DNA from: Pseudomonadota bacterium
GTDB lineage: Bacteria; Myxococcota; JACRCW01; JAFGSX01
Direction: 5' to 3'
NCBI GenBank assembly: GCA_043821645.1
Contig: JBDRCO010000003.1
Location: forward strand, 224,001 to 288,000
DNA length: 64,000 nucleotides
Positions 21,895-33,276 of the stretch are shown one piece after another. The notes beneath the pieces were generated by a model that had not been told where the DNA came from, searched no databases, and saw only the letters and a list, made by a program, of their open reading frames with translations. The position numbers and the translations under genes were made by a program. Position 1 is the stretch's first letter, and each line of letters opens with the position of its first letter.

Positions 21895-22521
21895 TCAGCG
21901 GACCGCATCCAGGGGCGTGATGCGCAGGTTGTCGAAGCGGATCTGCGCTGCCCAGTTGTTGAACGCGAACCTGTTGTTGTCAGGGCCGTACAGGCCCTCG
22001 GGGTCGTCGCGCTCGAGGTACTTCTCCCCGTCGAGGAACTGGGTGATCACGTTGCCCTGGCGCACGATGCGCCACTGGTAGGTGTGCCCGGATGTGAGGC
22101 CGGCGCGGCGCTTGTAGGGCACGCTGTCGAAGGGAACCTGATCCAGCTCGTGCTCGCGCTGCCGGGCGATGATCGAGGCCGAGTTGTTCCAGCCGCCGTT
22201 GATGATGATGTAGCCTGACTCGTGGGAACGCCCGTCGCCGAAGAGCTCGCACTTGAGGTCGACCGCCGGTGAGCTGCTGGTGGCGTCGAAGCGAATCTCG
22301 ACATCGCGAGGCATGGCCCAGTCCAGCCACAGCGCCACGTTCTGATCGCCCGTGGTGACCAGGGCACCATCCCGGACCTTCCAGGACCCGCCCTGAAAGT
22401 TCCAGTGGGGACCCAGCTGACCCGCGCTGAAGTCGTCGGCGAAGGGCTCGCTGCTCGCCTCCGAACTCGCCTTGCAGGCCAGCAGTGTCAGCAAAAGGGC
22501 AGATGCAATGAGCAGGCGCAT
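21895..22521 (-). CDS. Lipoprotein with concanavalin-A/LamG-like beta-sandwich (DUF1080-like)
   Basis: Lipobox TLLAC; FADDFS...W....GSWKVRDG start and IRFDNLRI end typical of this fold. Confidence 0.6.
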   Translation of the reverse strand: MRLLIASALLLTLLACKASSEASSEPFADDFSAGQLGPHWNFQGGSWKVRDGALVTTGDQNVALWLDWAMPRDVEIRFDATSSSPAVDLKCELFGDGRSHESGYIIINGGWNNSASIIARQREHELDQVPFDSVPYKRRAGLTSGHTYQWRIVRQGNVITQFLDGEKYLERDDPEGLYGPDNNRFAFNNWAAQIRFDNLRITPLDAVR

Positions 22522-22595
22522 GGGGGGCCTCACCTCGTGGACAAGCTCGGTCCCATAGCATAGGCTGCGCCGCTCTCACAACCGGGTGGCGTGGC

Positions 22596-23498
22596 GTGGC
22601 AGACGAAAAGCTTTGGACCGTGCGCGATGTGCTCGACGCGGCGCGCGACTTCCTGGGCAAGCGTGGGGTCGACAATCCCCGGCTCGATGCGGAGCTCTTG
22701 CTCGCCCATGGCCTGGGTGTGCGCCGAATCGATCTGTACCTGCAGTTCGACCGGCCCCTGGGTGACGAGGAGCGCGCCATCTTCCGGCTGTTGTTGCGAC
22801 GGCGGGGAGAGCGGGAACCCGTCGCTTACCTGACCGGGCATCGGGAGTTCTTCGGCTTCCCCTTCGAGGTCAGTCCCGAGGTGTTGATCCCTCGGCCAGA
22901 AACCGAGCTGCTGGTCGAGCTCGTGCTCCGGCACGCGCCGCAGGACCTGCGAATGCTCGACCTGTGCACAGGGTCCGGCTGCGTGGCCATCGCGGTGCTG
23001 GCCCAGCGCAGCCTGGCGCGAGCCGTGGCAGTGGACATCTCGCCCGGAGCCCTGCAGGTCGCCCGTCGGAATGCTCAGGTCAACGGGGTTGCCGAGCGCC
23101 TGCAGCTTGTGCGCGGGGACCTGGCCGAGGCGCTGCGTGGCCCGCTGGACGTGGTGGTGGCCAACCCGCCCTACGTCACCGAGGACGAGTGGCCGTCCCT
23201 GGCGCCGGAGATCCGGCAGCACGAACCACGCCTGGCCCTGACCTCGGCCCAGGGTGGCCTGGCCCACAGCCGGCGCATCGCGGCGTGGCTGGCCAGGCAT
23301 CTGAGCCCCACGGGGATGGCTGCCGTGGAGTGTGCGGACAGCCGCGGACCTGCCACCCGCGAGGTGTTCGCGGAGGTTCTTGGAGATCGCTTCCCGGTCG
23401 TGCTCGAGCGCGACCTGGCGGGGCTGGATCGCGTGGTGCGGGTAGGGCCTGTGGCCGACCCTGGATCATCGACGGGGAGCGCCGAAGACAGCGCTTGA
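22596..23498 (+). CDS. prmC: Release factor glutamine methyltransferase
   Basis: RRRGEREPVAYLTG, VLIPRPETELLV, LDLCTGSGC, ANPPY. Confidence 0.95.
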   Translation: MADEKLWTVRDVLDAARDFLGKRGVDNPRLDAELLLAHGLGVRRIDLYLQFDRPLGDEERAIFRLLLRRRGEREPVAYLTGHREFFGFPFEVSPEVLIPRPETELLVELVLRHAPQDLRMLDLCTGSGCVAIAVLAQRSLARAVAVDISPGALQVARRNAQVNGVAERLQLVRGDLAEALRGPLDVVVANPPYVTEDEWPSLAPEIRQHEPRLALTSAQGGLAHSRRIAAWLARHLSPTGMAAVECADSRGPATREVFAEVLGDRFPVVLERDLAGLDRVVRVGPVADPGSSTGSAEDSA

Positions 23499-23561
23499 CA
23501 AGGCGGCCTGACAGTCCGATACGGCCATGCTCCTGCGAGGGGCGAGCTGGAGTGGAGGCGG

Positions 23562-25418
23562 ATGCCGATCTCCGATCAGGCAATTCGAGAGATCCGGGAC
23601 CGCGCCGACATCGTCCAGGTCATCGGCCGCACGGTCTCCCTCAAGCAGCGCGGCAAGAACCACATCGGCCTGTGTCCCTTTCACCAGGAAAAGACCCCCT
23701 CGTTCAACGTCTCGCCCGAGCGCGGCAGTTTCTACTGCTTCGGCTGTCATGCCAGCGGGGACGTGTTTGCCTTCGTGCAACGCACCGAGGGCAAGAACTT
23801 CCCCGAGGCCGTACGGGAACTGGCATCCCAGGTGGGTATCGTGCTCGAGGAACGCGCCGAGAGCCCCGAGGAGAAGGCGGCCCGGGAAAAGAGGCAGCGC
23901 CTGCTCGAGGTGCTGCAGGCCGTGCAGGATCTCTACCATGGCGCCCTGGCTGCACCCGGGGGGCAGGCCGCGCGGACCTACCTCGCGGGCCGCGATATCG
24001 ACACGGAACTCATCGAGCGCTTCGGCATTGGCTTCGGCGGCGCCGGGCGGGATCTCCGGCGCCTCGGGCCGCTCGAGGGTATCCAGGACGACGAGCTCGA
24101 GGAGGTGGGGGTGGTGGCGCGCAGCGAGCGTGGCGACTACCATCGCTTCGGCGAGCGCATCACCTTTCCGATCCGCGATCCCCAGGGTCGCGTGGTGGGT
24201 GTGGGAGCCCGGGTCTTTGGGCGGTTCGACGACGGCAAGCGCGCCAAGTACATCAACTCGCCCGAGGGCCCGCTGTTTCACAAGAGCGACCTGCTGTACG
24301 GCTTGCACGAGGCGCGGCCGAAGCTTGGCCGCGGGGGCACCGCGGTGCTTGTCGAGGGTTATCTCGACGTCATCAGCCTGGCCAAGATCGGGCTGCCCAC
24401 CGCCGTCGCTCCCTGCGGCACTGCGCTCACGCGCAACCAGGCTCGCCTGCTGCGTCGCCACGCGGCGAAGGCCGTGCTGTGTTTCGACGGCGACGAAGCC
24501 GGACAGAAGGCAGCGCGACGTGCTCTACCCCTGCTGCTCGAGCAGCAGATCGAGACCCACCTGGCCGTGCTGCCTTCTGCCGAGGATCCCGACAGCATGG
24601 CGCGACGGAACGCGGAACAGCTACAGACCCTGGTCGACAAGGCGCCCCTGGCCCTCGAGCACATCATCGCCGAGGCCGCGGGGCAGGCCGGGGCCACGGT
24701 CGAGGGCCGCCTGCGGGCCGTGGATACCCTGCGCGAACCCTTGCTGGCCATGCCCGAGAGTCTGGCGCGGGATCTCTTTATCGAGCGCGCGGCCCAGGCC
24801 CTGGCCATCGAGATCGGCGCCCTGCGCCGGGAACTCTCTCGCCATGGCCGGACGGATCCGGCGCCCAGGGCCGTCGAGCCTCCGCTGGACAGCCCTGTCG
24901 TCGAGGCAGAGCCTCGCCCCGAGCGCATCCACCAGCAGGAGCGCCAGATCGTGCGCTTGTTTCTCGAGTGGCCAAACCTGCTCGAGGAGGAGGCGGCCGC
25001 GCACCTGCCGCAGATGCTGCGCTCGCCATCGGTTCGACAGTTCCTGGACGAGAGCCTGCAGCAGGTCCAGGTTTCGGGCTCCTCGCCCGCCCTTGACACC
25101 TTGGTTGGCCTGCTGTCGCATCCCGTGTTACGTGAGGTCGCGGCCGAGGTCATCCAGGGGCAAAGGGTGTACGGCGAGGCACAGGCGCGGGAGGCGCTCG
25201 AGGAGACCTGTGACAATCTGTGGCGCACGCGAGCGCGCACGGAGACCGAGTTGTTGATGCGTGAGCTGCGAGGTATCGAGAGCGATCCCGCGCAGCTGAC
25301 GACGCAGATGGAGCTGTTGCAGAAGATCAGGGACCTCAATGCGCAGCTGCAAAGGGGTTGTCCCTGGATCATGAAGCAGAGTGATGGCGGTCAGGAGCTG
25401 GAGCAGCCGGGCCACTGA
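23562..25418 (+). CDS. dnaG: DNA primase
   Basis: CHC2 Zn finger [11 protein letters not shown]...[36 protein letters not shown]. Confidence 0.97.
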   Translation: MPISDQAIREIRDRADIVQVIGRTVSLKQRGKNHIGLCPFHQEKTPSFNVSPERGSFYCFGCHASGDVFAFVQRTEGKNFPEAVRELASQVGIVLEERAESPEEKAAREKRQRLLEVLQAVQDLYHGALAAPGGQAARTYLAGRDIDTELIERFGIGFGGAGRDLRRLGPLEGIQDDELEEVGVVARSERGDYHRFGERITFPIRDPQGRVVGVGARVFGRFDDGKRAKYINSPEGPLFHKSDLLYGLHEARPKLGRGGTAVLVEGYLDVISLAKIGLPTAVAPCGTALTRNQARLLRRHAAKAVLCFDGDEAGQKAARRALPLLLEQQIETHLAVLPSAEDPDSMARRNAEQLQTLVDKAPLALEHIIAEAAGQAGATVEGRLRAVDTLREPLLAMPESLARDLFIERAAQALAIEIGALRRELSRHGRTDPAPRAVEPPLDSPVVEAEPRPERIHQQERQIVRLFLEWPNLLEEEAAAHLPQMLRSPSVRQFLDESLQQVQVSGSSPALDTLVGLLSHPVLREVAAEVIQGQRVYGEAQAREALEETCDNLWRTRARTETELLMRELRGIESDPAQLTTQMELLQKIRDLNAQLQRGCPWIMKQSDGGQELEQPGH

Positions 25419-25477
25419 GATCAAGAAGGTTCCCCGCGCGCCGACGTGTCGGGATGACGAGAGGACGAGACAAGCAC

Positions 25478-27691
<2,214 letters not shown>

Positions 27692-27901
27692 CGTCGAGAA
27701 GGCGTGACGGCGAGGGAAACCGGAGAGAAGGCACGCAGGAGGAGAAGACAGGGCCCAGACGGAGCGAGAGGCGCAAGGAACGGCAGCCACCTGGGAGCGA
27801 AGCGACGAGGTGGACCGTGATGGCGCTGGTTGGGTGGGGGCCCCGGCGAATTCACTTCGTCGGGGGAGGGCCTGCCCGACAGGCCCTCGGAAAGAACGAG
27901 C

Positions 27902-27973
27902 GGGCCCATAGCTCAGCGGTAGAGCCGTCGGCTCATAACCGATAGGTCCCAGGTTCGAATCCTGGTGGGCCCA
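27902..27973 (+). tRNA. tRNA with CAU anticodon, most likely tRNA-Ile2 (lysidine-modified)
   Basis: Acceptor stem GGGCCCA/TGGGCCC, D-arm AGCTCAGCGGTAGAGC, anticodon loop CTCATAA, T-loop GGTTCGAATCC; CCA not encoded; position after rpoD resembles ileX. Confidence 0.92.
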
Positions 27974-28010
27974 GTGGAGAGAATCCGACGCCACGACGGT
28001 GCCGGAACAC

Positions 28011-28775
28011 ATGTCGGAGGATGGGACATTGCGTGACCAGCTGATATTGCTCTACGAGCTGCAACAACTCGACCACAGGATTCGTGACTGCGAGATCCGC
28101 CTCAGGGGCATCCCGCTGGAAGCCGCTGCGACCAAGGAGAGCCTGGACAAGAGCCAGGGATCGCTCACCGAGTTGCTGGCGCGGCAGGATGTCAACGAGA
28201 GCGAGCGCCGGGCCATGGAACGCGACCTGGCCGCAGACCGCGAGAAGCTACGCAAGTGGGAAGCGCGCCTCAACGACATCCGCAACAGCCGTGAGTTCGC
28301 CGCCCTGTCCCGCGAGATCGAGGGACTCAAGCGGCAGAACCGCGACACCGAGGAGAAGATCCTCGAGCACATGCAGCAGGGCGAGGAGATCGCCAAGCAG
28401 GTCGCGACGCTGTCGACCCAGGTCGATCAGCACGCCACGACCTACCACGAACTCCACCTGGCGGCGGATGACCAGAGCATCCAGGTGCGCGCGGAGATGG
28501 AGCAGATCGGCAGCGCCCGGGGTTCCATCACCAGCCGGCTGCAGGCACCGATCCTCAAGAAGTACGAGTTCATTCGCCAGCGCCGGGACGGCATCGGTCT
28601 GGTGGTGCTCGCAGACGGTACCTGCCAGGGCTGCCACATGCAGCTTCCGCCGCAGATGTACAACGAGCTGCAGCGCGGCGATCGTCTCGAGGTCTGCCCG
28701 AGCTGCCAGCGCATCCTGTTTTACGAGCAGCTGGCCCAGCGCACCACCGAGGACCAGGCTGGCATCCAGCCCTAG
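28011..28775 (+). CDS. Coiled-coil C4-type zinc-ribbon protein (DUF164/CT398/HP0958-like)
   Basis: LQQLD N-terminus, long coiled coil, REFAALSREI, CQGCHM...CPSCQRILF. Confidence 0.88.
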   Translation: MSEDGTLRDQLILLYELQQLDHRIRDCEIRLRGIPLEAAATKESLDKSQGSLTELLARQDVNESERRAMERDLAADREKLRKWEARLNDIRNSREFAALSREIEGLKRQNRDTEEKILEHMQQGEEIAKQVATLSTQVDQHATTYHELHLAADDQSIQVRAEMEQIGSARGSITSRLQAPILKKYEFIRQRRDGIGLVVLADGTCQGCHMQLPPQMYNELQRGDRLEVCPSCQRILFYEQLAQRTTEDQAGIQP

Positions 28776-28837
28776 ACCCGCTGCTGCGTCGAGCGAGCAG
28801 AACCCTACCCTGGCTCAGGATTCTCGGACTTCGACGT

Positions 28838-28854
28838 GGCAAGCCCGTCTTGCC
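28838..28854. terminator. Possible terminator hairpin between convergent genes
   Basis: GGCAAG-CCCGT-CTTGCC followed by CTTCT. Confidence 0.3.
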
Positions 28855-28870
28855 CTTCTGGTCTCCCCGC

Positions 28871-30520
28871 TCAGTCCCGCAGGATCACGCCGCTGTCATC
28901 GAGGAGATCGCCGGTGATGGCGCGCCGCTTCCAGCGTGCCAGGCGCAGGTCGGCCTCTGCGCGTTGCAAGGAGAGCTCGGCCTGGCGGAGCCGTTCCTGC
29001 GCGTCGAGGAGTTCGAAGGCGGTTCCCAGTCCCAGGTGATAGCGCTCGGTCTCGACGTCGACGTTGCGTGCGGCGAGGTCGCGCGACACCCGGCTCACCT
29101 GGATGCGCTTGTGCGCCAGGCGCGCCTCGTCGAGGGCACGGGCGAGGTCCATGCGAACCTGTGCTTCGGCCTCGTCACGGGCAAGGCTCGCGCGGTGCAT
29201 GGACAGCCTTGCTTCCTCGACGCGCTGCCCGGCCTCGCGGTTTTCCAGCGGCATGGCGAAGAGCATACCCGCGTGCCAGTTGAAGCCCTCGCGTGCCCCG
29301 AACAGGCCCTGCCACACCGCGAGGCCATTGCGGTCCTGAGACACCAGTCCGAGGCCCGCGGAGGCGTCGAGACGGGGCAACAGGCGGTCCTGGGCAGCCA
29401 GCAGCGCGAACCGGGCCTCGTCGACGGAGAGCCGGGCCGCGAGCAGCCCCGGGTTGCGGGCCAGGGCGCGCGCCAGCAGCGCCTCGGTGTCGGGTGCCTG
29501 TGTGTCGCGCTCGTCGAGGAGCAAGGGATGAAGCGGCTGCGCTCCGGGGAGGATGGGCAAACCCAGGGCGCGCCGCAGCTGGACATCCAGGTCGTAGATG
29601 GAGCGCTCGGCGGCAAGCGCCGCCTCCTCTCGCTGGGCCACGGTCTGCTGGATCTGCAGCTCTGCCACCGGTGCCTGCTGTCCCGCCTCGATGCGTGCGC
29701 GCGTGATCTCGAGCTCGTCCCGCGCCAGGTCGCGGGCTGCCAGCCGCAGGGTGCGATCGATCCGGGCCAGGGCCAGCTCACTGGCCAGGGTGTTGACCTG
29801 GAGCAGGACCTCGCTCGCGACCGCGCGCTGCCTCGTCTGCTCGCGGAGGACCGCCACCGAGGCCGAGCGGTCCGCGGCGTCGTTGACGTCGGAACTGCGT
29901 CCGCGCAGCAAGGGCTGCACGACGCTGATGTCGGTGTTGACACCGAACAGATCGATGGACGATGGGCCAGGAGTCTCGGTGCTGCGAAGTTCGATGGGAA
30001 AGGTGATGTCCGGGGTGCCGGGGCCAATGGCCTCTCCCGGGATGGTCAGCAGCAACGACGAGGGCAGGGCTCGGTAGCTGTATAAGGGATACTCGTACCA
30101 GGCCTCGGTGGCGCGCAGCCGCAGCTCGGTCCCGGTGCGCAGGCGACGCGAGAGCTGGATGTAGGCCTCGATGCTGGTCCTGGGTTGCAGGTCCTCGGGC
30201 CGCAGGGGATTGGCGCTCAAGGTCTGGGTGATGCTGCTGCCGGAATCGAGGACCCAGTCAAAGGGGGCGCCTGACCCTTGCCGGCGGGCCCGCGCTTGGT
30301 CGAGCGAGACCGCGCTGTCGCGCAGACGGGGGTTGCCCTCGATGGCGGCGCGAAGCAAGGCGCCGTGATCGTACACCGGGCCACCGAGGTCCTCGCTAGG
30401 CTGCACGGGGTCCCCGGTGCCCTGGGCTGTCGCCAGACCAGGAGCGAATCCCAGCCACAGTATGCAGACAGCCCCGAGGGACTGCGCCCGACGTCGCAGC
30501 ACGGGGAACCGGGTGCCCAT
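28871..30520 (-). CDS. TolC-family outer-membrane efflux protein
   Basis: Signal peptide; two OEP-like repeats (AIEGNPRL...QPLLRG; ALARNPGL...LLPRLD...MPLEN...ERYHLGLGTAFELLDAQ). Confidence 0.85.
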   Translation of the reverse strand: MGTRFPVLRRRAQSLGAVCILWLGFAPGLATAQGTGDPVQPSEDLGGPVYDHGALLRAAIEGNPRLRDSAVSLDQARARRQGSGAPFDWVLDSGSSITQTLSANPLRPEDLQPRTSIEAYIQLSRRLRTGTELRLRATEAWYEYPLYSYRALPSSLLLTIPGEAIGPGTPDITFPIELRSTETPGPSSIDLFGVNTDISVVQPLLRGRSSDVNDAADRSASVAVLREQTRQRAVASEVLLQVNTLASELALARIDRTLRLAARDLARDELEITRARIEAGQQAPVAELQIQQTVAQREEAALAAERSIYDLDVQLRRALGLPILPGAQPLHPLLLDERDTQAPDTEALLARALARNPGLLAARLSVDEARFALLAAQDRLLPRLDASAGLGLVSQDRNGLAVWQGLFGAREGFNWHAGMLFAMPLENREAGQRVEEARLSMHRASLARDEAEAQVRMDLARALDEARLAHKRIQVSRVSRDLAARNVDVETERYHLGLGTAFELLDAQERLRQAELSLQRAEADLRLARWKRRAITGDLLDDSGVILRD

Positions 30521-30601
30521 GGCTTCAGTGTACGCACTGGCTGGGGTCGCCGCAGCAGCAAAACAGCAGTCCGCTTGTCGTCGAGCGGCGGGCTCCGTAT
30601 C

Positions 30602-32287
30602 ATGCGCGCCATGCTGTCTGGTGCCCCACTCCTTGCGCTGTCCCTGCTGGTGGCACTGGAACCTGTGCTCGTCGACACCGCCGACCTGTATGGCCACCGC
30701 CTGCTCCTGGGCCGCGACGGCAGCCCGCGCGTTGCCCTGGGCGTGGATAGCGGGCGCGACAGTGTGACCCTGGAGTCTGGCGCGGGTCTGCGGCTGACGG
30801 GACGCAGAGCAGCAGGTCAAGAAGCGGTGAGCGTGGACCTTCCGCCCCGGGCACGTTTTCTCCGCACCGGTGGTCGGGAGGCGAGGCAACGCTATGCCGT
30901 GGCTGTGGCCGCCCTCGAGGGTGCCGAGCGCTCGCAGCGCCACGACGAGGTCGCTCGCTGGCGGGCCCGGGGAGAGCGCGCCAGCGCGCGCGATGTGGGG
31001 CTGGTGTTTGGCCTGTCGGGAGTGCTCATCGACAATCGCGCCACTCTGGTGCTGGTACGCAACGGCGCCTCGCGCCACCAGGCCGAGCAGGCCGCCCGGG
31101 AACTTCACGATCGAGACGGCGTGGCCACCAGCGTGGTTCCCCTGGTGCAGACCTTGCCGGAGCTGCAGCTCGAGGTGCGCGCCGGCGAGAGTACCCTGCG
31201 CTTCATCGGCACAATCAACGTGGTGGCCCGGGATGGCGGAGAGATTTCTGTCGACGGCATCTCCGAGGGCCCGAAGAAGAAGATCGGATCGCGGACCTAC
31301 CCCGGGGCCATCGCCCTGGCTCCCGATGCCAGTGGGCGGATCGCGGTGGTCAACCTGACCGCTGTCGACGAAATCCTCAAGGGGGTGGTGCCATCGGAGA
31401 TGTTCGGCAGCGCGCCTCTCGAGGCACTCAAGGCCCAGGCCGTGACCGCGCGTGGGGCTGTGTTTGCCAAGCTGGGCCGACGTCACTTCGCGGATCCCTA
31501 CGTGCTGTGCAACACCGAGCACTGCCAGGTCTACGGTGGATCCCGGGCACACCACCCTGCCGCCAGCCGCGCCGTCGACGAGACCCGGGGTGAACTCATG
31601 TTTCTGGCCGGCCAGCTGGTGGACTCGGTGTACTCCTCGACCTGCGGCGGTCACACCGAGGATGCCGAGGTGGCCTGGGACATGCCCCCCAAGGGCGCCT
31701 TGCGTGGCCGTCGCGACGGTCCGAGTGCCGCCGATGACCTGGCCCGGCGGGTGGCGCCCTTCGAGGACGGAGTGGGCGATGCCAGCCTCGACGGCGAGGC
31801 CACGGATCTGTCCAACGAGCAACACTTGCGCCAGTTCCTGGCTGAGCCGCCCACTTCGTATTGTGCGAGGTCCACCAGGGTGCGAGCGGACAAGCTGCGC
31901 TGGACGCGCCGCATCGCCAGCGACGAGATGGACCGTCTGCTGTTCAAGTACGGGGTCGGTCACGTCCAGGCCATCGAGGTCCAGGGCCGTGGGGTGTCAG
32001 GGCGCGTGCGCGGGGTTCGCATCGTCGGGGATCAGCAGCGCGTGGTGATCCAGCGCGAGTGGCCAGTGCGGCAGGCCCTGGGTCTGCTCAACTCCGGTGC
32101 CTTCGTCGTCGACGAGGAGCGCGATGCCAAGGGCGTGCTCACCGCCTTCTTGTTCCGGGGCATGGGATGGGGGCATGGCGTGGGCATGTGCCAGATCGGC
32201 GCCATTGGCATGGCCGAGGCGGGCCAGAACTACCGCGCCATTCTCGAGCACTACTACAACGGGGCACAGGTCCGGTCTTTGTATTGA
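30602..32287 (+). CDS. SpoIID/LytB-domain protein (lytic transglycosylase-like)
   Basis: LKGVVPSEM, EALKAQAVTAR, HCQVYGG, YSSTCGGHTE, GWGHGVGMCQIGA...ILEHYY. Confidence 0.9.
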   Translation: MRAMLSGAPLLALSLLVALEPVLVDTADLYGHRLLLGRDGSPRVALGVDSGRDSVTLESGAGLRLTGRRAAGQEAVSVDLPPRARFLRTGGREARQRYAVAVAALEGAERSQRHDEVARWRARGERASARDVGLVFGLSGVLIDNRATLVLVRNGASRHQAEQAARELHDRDGVATSVVPLVQTLPELQLEVRAGESTLRFIGTINVVARDGGEISVDGISEGPKKKIGSRTYPGAIALAPDASGRIAVVNLTAVDEILKGVVPSEMFGSAPLEALKAQAVTARGAVFAKLGRRHFADPYVLCNTEHCQVYGGSRAHHPAASRAVDETRGELMFLAGQLVDSVYSSTCGGHTEDAEVAWDMPPKGALRGRRDGPSAADDLARRVAPFEDGVGDASLDGEATDLSNEQHLRQFLAEPPTSYCARSTRVRADKLRWTRRIASDEMDRLLFKYGVGHVQAIEVQGRGVSGRVRGVRIVGDQQRVVIQREWPVRQALGLLNSGAFVVDEERDAKGVLTAFLFRGMGWGHGVGMCQIGAIGMAEAGQNYRAILEHYYNGAQVRSLY

Positions 32288-32328
32288 GCGACCTGGCAGG
32301 TCCCGTCGGGCTTCACCCCGCCAGCAGG

Positions 32329-33213
32329 TCACGGCGGGGGTTGCACGACGGCCCAGCTCGAGAATTCACGAATCAGCTCGGCGCCTGCTCCCTGGGTCGC
32401 GTCGCTGGCCAGCTCGGAGATCTCATCTGGCGAGGCGCGGCCGCTGACGCTCGCGGCGGCGGTGACCTGGGTCGACAGGCGCATGGTGCGCTGGGGGAGC
32501 TCCGCCACGGTCAGGTGGCACTGCACGTCGACGCGACTCTCCCCTCCGTCGACACGCTCGGTCACGCTGCGTACCTGGGCGATGAGCTGGTAACGGCGCC
32601 GGAGTGCGCCCAGGGCCATGGCGCGTTCCTTGAGCCCCTCGTCCAGGCCCCGGCGCAGCGCCACGTCGAGCCCCTTGTGGCCACTGTTCGAGCTGTCGGT
32701 GACCGTCCCGATCTCGGCTGTCCCGGAGCTCCCCTCGCTGCGCTGGCGCAGGCCCTGGGTTCCCTTGAGCACGCGCTGGGCGAGGCGTGCCCGGCGCCGT
32801 ACCATGTCGTCCTCGTCGCGAAGTGCACGCTCGATCGCAGGCAGGGCGGCGGGGTCCCCCATGGCCATGAGTGCGTCACAGGCCGCAGCGCGCACCAGGG
32901 CATCTTCATCCTTGAGCAGGCCCTCGATGGCAGGTCTGGTCGAGGGATCTCGCAATTCCGCCAGCGCAGCGGCGGCCTGGATGCGCACCTTGAAGCGGGG
33001 GTCCGCGAGCAGTTGCACGAGACGTTCACGCGAGGCCGCGGCGAGCACCTGGCTGCCGAGCACGAGGACCAGACCGAGCACGACGACGGCACGCCACCGT
33101 CCAGGGATCTGGTCCCACCATCGCGAGCTGCTGGCGCCTTGCTCTGTCACCGCATCAATGTCGCGCGAGGCGCTGGCCCACGCAAGCGCGAAGCATGCCC
33201 TTTTCGCGACCAC
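32329..33213 (-). CDS. Exported HEAT-repeat protein
   Basis: N-terminal hydrophobic segment; repeats DPRFKVRIQAAAAL, DEDALVRAAACDAL, DEDDMVRRRA; start uncertain. Confidence 0.7.
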   Translation of the reverse strand: MVAKRACFALAWASASRDIDAVTEQGASSSRWWDQIPGRWRAVVVLGLVLVLGSQVLAAASRERLVQLLADPRFKVRIQAAAALAELRDPSTRPAIEGLLKDEDALVRAAACDALMAMGDPAALPAIERALRDEDDMVRRRARLAQRVLKGTQGLRQRSEGSSGTAEIGTVTDSSNSGHKGLDVALRRGLDEGLKERAMALGALRRRYQLIAQVRSVTERVDGGESRVDVQCHLTVAELPQRTMRLSTQVTAAASVSGRASPDEISELASDATQGAGAELIREFSSWAVVQPPP

Positions 33214-33276
33214 AGGTGCGCGCTAGGCTGCAGCTGGCGCAGCGTCTCTCCCGGCTGCGACCAAGCCGAGAGGTGA

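Noticed and set aside
22964-25257. Long alternative-frame ORFs (710 aa and 576 aa) overlapping prmC/dnaG, and similar shadow ORFs elsewhere (e.g. 14447-16291, 26180-28012, 41947-44298)
   Set aside because: Arg/Pro/Ala-rich or antisense shadows expected in high-GC DNA; they overlap well-supported genes and show no motifs.
27902-28900. tRNA as an integration site for a prophage or island
   Set aside because: No integrase nearby and no duplicated tRNA 3' end noticed in the window; the downstream gene is a usual neighbour.
30521-31963. N-terminal 481 aa of the 1030-aa ORF that includes TolC
   Set aside because: This portion is antisense to the SpoIID gene; the TolC signal peptide follows ATG 30520.
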